From the NCBI GenBank assembly GCA_964347565.1, contig CAYFZD010000001.1, forward strand, positions 70,024-134,023: a stretch of DNA of 64,000 nucleotides. Direction: 5' to 3'. The stretch is from an uncultured Pseudomonadales bacterium (lineage in GTDB: Bacteria > Patescibacteriota > Microgenomatia > UBA1400 > UBA12108). Made by a program: the position numbers and the translations under genes. The notes below the pieces were generated by a model. The model was not told the DNA's origin. It saw only the letters and a list, made by a program, of their open reading frames with translations, and made no database searches. How positions within the stretch are numbered: the first letter of the stretch is position 1; every line of letters starts with the position of its first letter. Of the stretch, positions 53,024 through 60,337 are shown one piece after another.

Positions 53024-54087
53024 CAGACAAAACCAAACAATTTGCGAGGGTGACCCTCAAGGGGACCGAAAAACTCGAGTTGATCGGAAGTTTTGCCACC
53101 ATGCTTGGCTCTGGTATCTCAATCCTAGATATGGTCAAGTCGCTCGCCGAGGATACCAAGGGGGGTCAGCGCCTCATCCTCGATGAAATGCGCGACGATT
53201 TGACCCAGGGTAAACGGATCTATGTGACTTTTGCCAAGTTCCCTCGCGTCTTCGACCATGTGAGTGTCAATGTCATCCGCGCCTCCGAGGAGGCCGGAAC
53301 GCTCGACGTCGCCCTACGAGATCTACGCACTACTCTCCAAAAGGACATGGAGTTCTCCGACAAGATTCGCTCGGCCCTCATGTATCCCGCCTTTATCCTC
53401 GTGGTATTTGTCGGGATCTTGGGTATGATCTTAACTTTTGTGATCCCCAAAATTAGCGTCGTCTTTACCCAGCTCAATGTTCCGCTCCCGTTCCCCACCC
53501 GCGTAATGATTTTTCTCTCTGACCTCGTCGTCAAACAAACACTCTGGTTTGGGCTGGGGCTTGCAATTGTCGCCGGACTCTTGTTTTATCTCTTTAGCTA
53601 CAAGCGCAAACAAGTACTCGAGGTCCTTTATCGGCTTCCCCTCATCTCCACCCTAGTTATGCAGATCGACGTCACCAATTTTGCCCGCAATCTCTCCGTT
53701 CTCCTCTCATCCGGTCTCCCCATCACCCAAGCACTTGACCTAGTGGCCGAGGTCGTGGTGCGCCGTCGCATGGCCCAGCTTTTACTCAACGCCAAAGCGA
53801 TGGTGCTGGCTGGTCGCCCGCTCTCCTCCGGGTTTCGCGATGACAAAGGCGCTGTCCCCAATATCGTCATCAAGCTCGTAGAGGCCGGGGAGAAAACTGG
53901 CTCGCTCGACCGCTCGCTCCAGGAGATCGCCGAGTACTTTGATTACAAAGTGACCTACACGCTCAAATCGCTGACCGCACTCCTTGAGCCCATCATGCTC
54001 GTTCTAGTGGGCGGGGTTGTCGGGGGGATGATGCTCGCAATCATTGCTCCAGTTTATGGACTCATTAGTCAAATTGGTGGGCACTAA
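53020..54087 (+). CDS. pilC: type IV pilus platform protein (PilC/GspF family)
   Basis: Two GspF repeats with 3 TM helices, 355 aa. ATGA coupling to pilB. Confidence 0.88.
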   Translation: MTDKTKQFARVTLKGTEKLELIGSFATMLGSGISILDMVKSLAEDTKGGQRLILDEMRDDLTQGKRIYVTFAKFPRVFDHVSVNVIRASEEAGTLDVALRDLRTTLQKDMEFSDKIRSALMYPAFILVVFVGILGMILTFVIPKISVVFTQLNVPLPFPTRVMIFLSDLVVKQTLWFGLGLAIVAGLLFYLFSYKRKQVLEVLYRLPLISTLVMQIDVTNFARNLSVLLSSGLPITQALDLVAEVVVRRRMAQLLLNAKAMVLAGRPLSSGFRDDKGAVPNIVIKLVEAGEKTGSLDRSLQEIAEYFDYKVTYTLKSLTALLEPIMLVLVGGVVGGMMLAIIAPVYGLISQIGGH

Positions 54088-54088
54088 G

Positions 54089-54499
54089 ATGAAGTGGGGA
54101 CTTGCCCTGAGCTTGCCGAAGGGTTTCACTCTCGTGGAGCTCATGGTCACGATTGGGATCTTTGCGGTCCTAGCCACTCTCTCCTCGATCAATTTTTTCT
54201 CGACTTATTCCCAGTCCAATTTGGGTGCCACGCAAGATGTCTTGATAGCTGATTTAAAAACTGCCCAATCTAACGCCATGTCAGGCTCCTCGGACGTCAC
54301 CTGGAGCATTACAACGATGACTCCGCTCTCGCCAGGCCTGACTTTGACTACTGAGTATCCTAGTAATCAAGTCACTTTTCTGCGTGGATCGGGTGAAATC
54401 TCTGGCTACAACAGTGATTACGACACCATTACCATCAGTTCAAGTATCGAAAGCAAAACGCTAGAACTCAATAAATATGGCACCATCACGGGAAATTAA
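54089..54499 (+). CDS. type IV pilin-like (pseudopilin) protein
   Basis: Class III signal MKWGLALSLPKG|FTLVELMVTIGIFAVLA, i.e. the prepilin peptidase site and N-methylation motif. Start taken at MKWGL. Confidence 0.8.
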   Translation: MKWGLALSLPKGFTLVELMVTIGIFAVLATLSSINFFSTYSQSNLGATQDVLIADLKTAQSNAMSGSSDVTWSITTMTPLSPGLTLTTEYPSNQVTFLRGSGEISGYNSDYDTITISSSIESKTLELNKYGTITGN

Positions 54500-56464
54500 A
54501 TGAAATTATTTAAATACGGTCAGGCACTTGTAGAGATGATGGTGGGGATGGGTATCGCCGCCGCCATCATGCCTGCGCTCGTGACCTCGTTCTTTGCTGC
54601 TCGCGGAGGGAGCGCCCAAGAGCAAGTGCGCATGCAGGCCCATGGACGCCTGCGCGAGGCCCGCGAGGTTTTGCGACTAATCAAGCAAGACGATTGGGAT
54701 GCTGTCGACACTCCTGAGACGTACCACCCAGCTTTAGTCTCAGGTTCCTGGCGCTTAGATCCGGGACTAGAGTCCAACCTCGATGGACTCTTCAGTCGCC
54801 AAATCATTCTCTCTTATGCCTATCGCACAGGGACAAACCAACTAACTACTCTCTCTGCGGGGAATACTCTAGATCCCTCTGTTATGCACGTCAATATCTC
54901 CGTCGCCTGGACCAATCCCATCGCTTCTTCCGTTGTCTCTGATTACTATCTTATGCGCCTCGAAAACCTCGCGCATATCGAAACCTCTTATGCCGACGAC
55001 TTTGACTTGGCCACGAACCCCAACGTCGTGCATCGCTCGACGGTCGCCACCAATGTCTCAGGAGGCGAAGTCCAGCTCGGGGGATCAGGTAGTGGGGTCG
55101 GCAACTGGTGTGATCCTAGTCTGACCCTCCAGACTCTCAATCTGGTTCACTCCTCCGTCCCCACCTCCATCTCTGCGATCGAAGGTCACGCCTACGCCAC
55201 GACCGGAGAAAATGCCTCTGGACATCCACTCACAAGCATTAACATCACCAATCCTCCTCCTCCCACCCTACCCACTCCCACTGAGGGGGGGAGTTACAAT
55301 CCCAACCCTCAGCCCAAAGCCTACGGCTTATTTGCCACCAGCAATTATGTATATATTGCTACCAAACCGGCCGGAAATCCCAAAAAGACAGTCGATATTT
55401 TAAATACTTCTTTAGTCTCTGTAGGGTATTTTGACGCAGGTAATAAAACAGGCGATAGCATTTATGTGTCAGGCACCGTTGGTTATGTGACCAGCGGCAC
55501 GACTCTCTACACTTTTGACTTGTCCGGGACAATAAATCCTTCTCCAGGGTTGCTCAGTACTACGATTGCAGGTAACGGTAAAAGGGTCATCGTCATGGGT
55601 AACTACATCTATGTAGTCACTGACAATACGACATCTCAGCTACAAATCTTTAACAAAAGTAACTTATCTCTCGTCAAAACGCTCAACTTAGGCAACAGTC
55701 AACCAGGTGTAGATATCTTTGTCAAATCTACAAGCGACTACGCCTATATGGTTACTAATTACGCCTCCCCCGACTTCTTTGTCATCGATCTCTCCAACAA
55801 CACTGTGGTAGGCACCTACACTACCGCCAGCAACATGAACCCCAGAGGTGTCACAGTCATACCCCAGGATAATATCGCGATCATTGTCGGAGCAGGGAGT
55901 GACTTGTACCAAGTCCTGCGAATTGGTATTCCCACTAGTCCCTCTAGATGTGGCACTCCGCTCACTTTTCCGAATGTGAGCGAGCTTTACGCGATCTCGT
56001 CTGTCACCGAGTCCGACACCGATGCCTATTCGTACGTCCTCACGAACGACGCGAGTAATGAATTCCAGATGATCCAGGGTGGCCCAGGCGGAGGGGGCGG
56101 AGGCAGTGCCCTCACTGGCGTTTTTGACTCCGAGCCCTTCACGCCCGTTAGCCTCGCCACCTTCAACCGTTTCGACGTCAATACCTCTTTACCTGCTGGC
56201 ACTTATGACAATTACCAAGTTGCTGTAGCCAACAAAACCGCAGGTGGTAGTTGCATCGGAGCTAACTACATATTTGTTGGACCGGGCATGGATCCCAGTC
56301 AATGGTTTACAACTAGCGCGCAGATACCCCTGGGCATCGGTACGGGAGCCGCTTTGGGATATGTCAATCCAGGGCAATGTTTTCGATACAAAGTCTCGCT
56401 CTCCACCGACACTCTGGGCACCTCCCCCATCTTTAATGATATTACAATCAATTACTCACTATGA
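54500..56464 (+). CDS. large pilin-like protein fused to a YVTN-type beta-propeller domain (candidate pilus tip adhesin)
   Basis: The N-terminus GQALVEMMVGMGIAAAI resembles a prepilin hydrophobic segment. The body has repeated YVVTD / YAYMVTN / YVTSG blades reminiscent of YVTN beta-propeller repeats, and a GGPGGGGGGS tract near aa 525. Confidence 0.55.
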   Translation: MKLFKYGQALVEMMVGMGIAAAIMPALVTSFFAARGGSAQEQVRMQAHGRLREAREVLRLIKQDDWDAVDTPETYHPALVSGSWRLDPGLESNLDGLFSRQIILSYAYRTGTNQLTTLSAGNTLDPSVMHVNISVAWTNPIASSVVSDYYLMRLENLAHIETSYADDFDLATNPNVVHRSTVATNVSGGEVQLGGSGSGVGNWCDPSLTLQTLNLVHSSVPTSISAIEGHAYATTGENASGHPLTSINITNPPPPTLPTPTEGGSYNPNPQPKAYGLFATSNYVYIATKPAGNPKKTVDILNTSLVSVGYFDAGNKTGDSIYVSGTVGYVTSGTTLYTFDLSGTINPSPGLLSTTIAGNGKRVIVMGNYIYVVTDNTTSQLQIFNKSNLSLVKTLNLGNSQPGVDIFVKSTSDYAYMVTNYASPDFFVIDLSNNTVVGTYTTASNMNPRGVTVIPQDNIAIIVGAGSDLYQVLRIGIPTSPSRCGTPLTFPNVSELYAISSVTESDTDAYSYVLTNDASNEFQMIQGGPGGGGGGSALTGVFDSEPFTPVSLATFNRFDVNTSLPAGTYDNYQVAVANKTAGGSCIGANYIFVGPGMDPSQWFTTSAQIPLGIGTGAALGYVNPGQCFRYKVSLSTDTLGTSPIFNDITINYSL

Positions 56465-56982
56465 GCCATCAACCATTAACCATTAACCATAAGCTCGGTT
56501 TTACAATCCTTCGACTTCGCTCAGGATTTACAATGGTCGAGATGCTCATGGTCATGGGGATCACAGGCGTGATGCTCGTAGTCCTCTCCCAGGTTTTTGG
56601 CGCTATACTCAGCATGAAACTACGCTCCCAGGCGACGAGTTTCGTGGCCCAAGATTCACGCTATGTCCTCAATCGTCTAGCTTACGACGTGATGCGCGCG
56701 AGCGATATCGTGAGCGGGAGTGGCAATACCCTCACCCTCACGATCGACGGAGTGAGTCATGCTTATTCAGTCTCTGGCACCACCCTCATGCTCTCTGTGG
56801 ATGGAGCTCCAGAAGAGAAGCTCACGGGGATCGGAACCCAGATCAGCTCGCTGACTTTCACCCGCACAGACTTGAGCGGTCACAAGGCCGTCCAGATCAG
56901 CATGAATATTGCCCCCACCATTATCCAGCCAGGAGGCGTGACCGGGGCGCGTCAGCTTACGACCACCGTGGCATTGAGGTAA
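56461..56982 (+). CDS. type IV pilin-like (pseudopilin) protein
   Basis: SG|FTMVEMLMVMGITGVMLVVL prepilin motif after a 22-aa leader. Confidence 0.7.
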   Translation: MSHQPLTINHKLGFTILRLRSGFTMVEMLMVMGITGVMLVVLSQVFGAILSMKLRSQATSFVAQDSRYVLNRLAYDVMRASDIVSGSGNTLTLTIDGVSHAYSVSGTTLMLSVDGAPEEKLTGIGTQISSLTFTRTDLSGHKAVQISMNIAPTIIQPGGVTGARQLTTTVALR

Positions 56983-56988
56983 AAATAT

Positions 56989-57357
56989 ATGAAAAAAGGC
57001 AACGTCTCTATCATGCTTGTCCTGATCATCATGGTGCTCACCGTGCTCACAACTGCCGCCGTGGCCCTCGCCATCTCTACCACTCGTGATACCACCACCA
57101 TCACACTCGGTGAGCGCGCCCTCACGATCGCCGAGTCCGGGGCCGAGAATGCGATTCTGCGACTCCTACGTGATCCCAGCTATACGGGGGAGTCAGGCTT
57201 GCTGATTGGTCCCGGGTCTGCCACAATTGCAGTCACGGGGACATCACCCAAAACCATTACCAGCACAGGGGCCGCAGGCGCATTTACCCGCATCGTCAAA
57301 GTCGATGTGACGAATGTGGGAGGCGCGCTCACCCCAACCAATTGGCGAGAAGAATAA
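56989..57357 (+). CDS. PilX-like minor pilin / pilus assembly protein
   Basis: N-terminal hydrophobic segment SIMLVLIIMVLTVLTTAAVALAI without a G-F cleavage motif. Small, Thr-rich, and located in the pilin gene array. Confidence 0.45.
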   Translation: MKKGNVSIMLVLIIMVLTVLTTAAVALAISTTRDTTTITLGERALTIAESGAENAILRLLRDPSYTGESGLLIGPGSATIAVTGTSPKTITSTGAAGAFTRIVKVDVTNVGGALTPTNWREE

Positions 57358-57358
57358 T

Positions 57359-58009
57359 ATGCTAGGACAAAAAAGTTGGCTCACGATCATGCTCAGCGGC
57401 AATTCTCTGCAATTTATTGGACAGGATATCGATGTAGTCCAGACTATCCCACTCCCCCCGACGCTAGTCAATAACATGGAGGTCGTCAACAAAGATGGTC
57501 TCTACACCTTGATCACCGACTGGGTCAAGGCTCGCACCTATACCAACACCAATATTCTGCTCCTACTCGCTCCCGATCTTTGTTTTTATCATCAATTTGT
57601 GAATATCGAGCAAGACAAGGTAGATAGTGAGACCCTCCAATTCCTCGATACCGTCCCCTTTGAAAGTGTTTTGAGTCGTACCTATGCACTCGGTGAGGGG
57701 AGGCAGATTATCGCGGCAAACAAGGATCTGGTCATGGCCCTCGTCCAGGGCTTCACGCTCCACGGCTACACCACCAAAGTCGTCGTACCCGCTATTCTCG
57801 CCCAGGCTGAGACTGGCCTCACTCCCGAGGTAGAGAATTATGCCTTCAAACACCTGACAGAGCTCACACGAGATAGCCTCATCTCTGAGGTAGCGCCCGT
57901 TGTTTCCTCGGTAGCAAAGCCCAAACCCAAATCTTCATTGCCACTACTACTGAGTGTTTTTGGAGTGCTACTTGCAATCCTCGTAATTGTGATAGTATTA
58001 AGTAAGTAA
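57359..58009 (+). CDS. hypothetical C-terminally membrane-anchored protein of the pilus locus
   Basis: 216 aa with a soluble N-terminal domain, a Lys/Pro linker and a C-terminal TM (LLLSVFGVLLAILVIVIVL). No family recognised. Confidence 0.4.
   Translation: MLGQKSWLTIMLSGNSLQFIGQDIDVVQTIPLPPTLVNNMEVVNKDGLYTLITDWVKARTYTNTNILLLLAPDLCFYHQFVNIEQDKVDSETLQFLDTVPFESVLSRTYALGEGRQIIAANKDLVMALVQGFTLHGYTTKVVVPAILAQAETGLTPEVENYAFKHLTELTRDSLISEVAPVVSSVAKPKPKSSLPLLLSVFGVLLAILVIVIVLSK
57972..58001 (+). promoter_or_regulatory. candidate promoter for the major pilin gene (TTGCAA ... TGaTAGTAT extended -10)
   Basis: TTGCAA at 57972-57977, TG at 57990-57991 and TAGTAT at 57993-57998, located inside the 3' end of the upstream gene. 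It leaves a roughly 27-nt leader carrying GGAGG. Confidence 0.35.
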
Positions 58010-58031
58010 TAAATTATTTTGGAGGAAACAT

Positions 58032-58481
58032 ATGAAACTTGCCCAAGTTATTAAGAAAGGGTTTACATTAATCGAGCTCCTGGTCGTCATCGGGATTCTG
58101 GCAATTTTGCTCGCCATCACCCTGATCGCCATCAACCCTGCGCGTCAATTCGCGCAAGCCAACGACACCAAGCGCAAGTCAGATGCTGCCGCGATCTTGA
58201 ATGCGATCGGGCAATATAGTGCTGACAATGCAGGCGCACTGCCTGGCACACTGGGCACAACCGCCCTCGAGATCAGCAATACAACTACCGCAGATATCTG
58301 TGATGAGTTGGTGCCTACCTATCTCTCAGCTCTCCCAGTTAACAATGCTACTGGTACTGGAGTATCGCTAACGACTTGTCCGGCCACCTACGCTACAGGT
58401 TATACCGTCAGCGTAACCGGTGGTAGAGTTACCGTCTCTGTTCCCGGACAGATCACTGACCCGATTACTGTCACTCGTTAA
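58032..58481 (+). CDS. pilA: major type IV pilin (PilA-like)
   Basis: MKLAQVIKKG|FTLIELLVVIGILAILLAI is a canonical type IVa prepilin leader plus N-methyl-Phe segment. A perfect GGAGG sits 6 nt upstream, and the gene is followed by a strong terminator. Confidence 0.9.
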   Translation: MKLAQVIKKGFTLIELLVVIGILAILLAITLIAINPARQFAQANDTKRKSDAAAILNAIGQYSADNAGALPGTLGTTALEISNTTTADICDELVPTYLSALPVNNATGTGVSLTTCPATYATGYTVSVTGGRVTVSVPGQITDPITVTR

Positions 58482-58501
58482 CTGGTTTACTCAGTATGTA
58501 C

Positions 58502-58530
58502 AAAAAACCCCGCCTAAGGCGGGGTTTTTT
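58502..58530. terminator. bidirectional rho-independent terminator
   Basis: AAAAAA-CCCCGCC-TAA-GGCGGGG-TTTTTT: a 7-bp GC stem flanked by an A-tract and a T-tract, so it functions on both strands. It sits between the convergent pilA and a small minus-strand ORF. Confidence 0.85.
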
Positions 58531-58548
58531 AATGATTAATGGACCAAC

Positions 58549-58710
58549 TTACATCGTGTAGCTCTTCACAAGCATATAGGAGAGTAGCACCATCCCTATC
58601 GCAAAAACGACAAGGAGTATGTTCATCTTCTCACTCATCTGTTCCACTTTTTTCTCTATCTTTACCATTGGCTTGGCGACTGTTCTTATTTTCTTTTTGG
58701 CTGCGGGCAT
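58549..58710 (-). CDS. small tail-anchored membrane protein (53 aa), not in the ORF track
   Basis: Reverse-strand ATG 58710 is preceded by GGAGG with a 5-nt spacer. My translation is MPAAKKKIRTVAKPMVKIEKKVEQMSEKMNILLVVFAIGMVLLSYMLVKSYTM, a basic N-terminus with a C-terminal TM. It ends just before the bidirectional terminator. Confidence 0.45.
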   Translation of the reverse strand: MPAAKKKIRTVAKPMVKIEKKVEQMSEKMNILLVVFAIGMVLLSYMLVKSYTM

Positions 58711-58782
58711 ATCAACCTCCCATGTAAGTATCTAACTACTTAAGTGTATGCTCTTCGACCCACTTTGTCATCTTTTCACGAT

Positions 58783-58798
58783 ACGTTTCACGTGATAA
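58783..58798. promoter_or_regulatory. parS-like half-palindrome upstream of parB
   Basis: cGTTTCACGTGAtAag matches the tGTTTCACGTGAAACa parS consensus at 12/16 positions with an intact GTTTCACGTGA arm. It lies 10 nt upstream of the parB ATG. Confidence 0.35.
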
Positions 58799-58807
58799 GT
58801 TGGATCT

Positions 58808-59629
58808 ATGACCGACCAATCAAATATTCACGAACTCGATATCGACATGGTCCAGCCCAATCCTCTCCAGCCCCGTGGCACCATCCTCCCAGGTTCTGTC
58901 GCCGACCTGGTCGAGTCCATCAAAGAGCACGGGATCCTCGAGCCCCTCGTTATTGCCCATACTCCCGCCGGATACCAGATCATCGCCGGTGAGCGCAGAT
59001 GGCGCGCCAGTAAGATCGTCGGTCTTAAAAAGGTCCCAGTCGTAATCAAAGAGACGACTCCCAAGGGCATGCTCGAGATGGCAATTGTAGAGAATGTGCA
59101 GAGACAAGACTTGAACCCGATCGAGCGGGGAAAGGCCTTTATCCGGCTCATGCACGAGTTTAATCTGAGCAACGCTGATATCGCCAAGCGAGTCGCCAAA
59201 TCTCCCGCCTATGTCAGCAACACCCTCAAACTCCTCGATCTCCCCGATGCCCTCAAAGACGGATTGATCGGTGGGCTCATCACCGAGGGTCACGCTAGAG
59301 CACTCTCCAGTATCGACGACACGCGCCTAATGATCGAGGCCTACAAAATGGTACTCAAAGAGGGAGCTAGTGTGCGCCGCGCGGAAGAGATCGCCAGGAG
59401 ACTCAAGAAAGAGTTTGACGAGAAACCCACTCAAAATGGTGGTCGCCCCGCCTTTATCTTGAACGATGAGACCACGCAGATGCAAAAGAAGCTCACAGTC
59501 GCCCTAGGCGCTCTCTCTAGCGTCAAACTGACCCGCTCCAAGCGCGAGACCAAAATCCTCATCAAGCTAAAAGGTAGTCCCGAAGATACCGCCCCCGCCC
59601 TCGCCAAAATCCTCAAACTTGCCGAGTAG
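58808..59629 (+). CDS. parB: ParB/Spo0J-family partition protein
   Basis: ParB N-terminal box GILEPLVIAHTPAGYQIIAGERRWRASKIVGL, a helix-turn-helix region and C-terminal dimerisation region. There is no adjacent parA. Confidence 0.9.
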   Translation: MTDQSNIHELDIDMVQPNPLQPRGTILPGSVADLVESIKEHGILEPLVIAHTPAGYQIIAGERRWRASKIVGLKKVPVVIKETTPKGMLEMAIVENVQRQDLNPIERGKAFIRLMHEFNLSNADIAKRVAKSPAYVSNTLKLLDLPDALKDGLIGGLITEGHARALSSIDDTRLMIEAYKMVLKEGASVRRAEEIARRLKKEFDEKPTQNGGRPAFILNDETTQMQKKLTVALGALSSVKLTRSKRETKILIKLKGSPEDTAPALAKILKLAE

Positions 59630-59703
59630 TGGACGATGCTGGATTCGAACCAGCGACCTCTGCAATGTGAATGAAGCGCTCTAACCAACTGAGCTAATCG
59701 TCC
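59630..59703 (-). tRNA. tRNA-Val (anticodon CAC), CCA not encoded
   Basis: Manual fold of the reverse complement: acceptor GGACGAT/ATCGTCC, D arm GCTC-AGTTGGTTA-GAGC, anticodon loop TTCACAT, variable AGGTC, T arm GCTGG-TTCGAAT-CCAGC. There is one U-C mismatch in the anticodon stem. Confidence 0.75.
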
Positions 59704-59740
59704 GCTTGCACTATTTTACCATGCCCTGTATTCTAGAGAC

Positions 59741-60337
59741 ATGTTCTTTTTGCGCAATCTTTGGCTCTTTTTCCTCGATTTTCTCGAAACGATTGTGATA
59801 AGTCTCGCCATCTTTGCGGTGGTCTATATTTTCCTTTTCCAGCCTCACCAAGTCGATGGTCGCTCTATGGAGCCCAACTTCCACAATGCCGAATATATCT
59901 TGACTGACAAGCTCTCTTACCGCCTCCACTCCCCCAATCGCGGAGACGTGGTGGTCTTCCACTCTCCTCAAGATGAGAGGGTGGACTTTATCAAACGCAT
60001 CATCGGTATTCCCGGTGACACTGTCAAAGTCGTGGGTGGCTACGTGTATCTCAACGGAGCCAAATTGGACGAGAGCTATATCAATGATCCCGGCCAGGTC
60101 CTCTCCGGTCGCTTCATGCGAGAGGGGATTGAAGTAGATGTACCTCCAGGAGAATATCTCGTGATGGGGGACAATCGTCTCCATTCCTCCGACTCGCGCG
60201 AGTGGGGACTAGTCTCACCCTCGGGAATTGTCGGTCGCGCCTTCTTCCGCTACTGGCCTTTTAATAAACTCGGACCAGTCTCTACCGCCGAGGCCGAGCT
60301 CACCCTAGGCAGTGTCAAAGGTGCGATGGCAAAATAA
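59741..60337 (+). CDS. lepB: signal peptidase I
   Basis: N-terminal TM, catalytic Ser box VDGRSMEPN, and Lys box GDVVVFHSP / RIIGIPGDTV with GDNRLHSSDSREWG. Confidence 0.9.
   Translation: MFFLRNLWLFFLDFLETIVISLAIFAVVYIFLFQPHQVDGRSMEPNFHNAEYILTDKLSYRLHSPNRGDVVVFHSPQDERVDFIKRIIGIPGDTVKVVGGYVYLNGAKLDESYINDPGQVLSGRFMREGIEVDVPPGEYLVMGDNRLHSSDSREWGLVSPSGIVGRAFFRYWPFNKLGPVSTAEAELTLGSVKGAMAK

Noticed and set aside
56461-56495. CCATTAACCATTAACCAT tandem repeat at the start of a pilin-like gene
   Set aside because: It is a short triplication encoding the leader peptide (PLTINHK). No further copies or flanking structure suggest an array.
58539-58727. 62-aa plus-strand ORF in the pilA-parB gap
   Set aside because: It has no SD and a Ser/Cys-rich translation. 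The opposite strand has a GGAGG-led 53-aa ORF that better explains the region.
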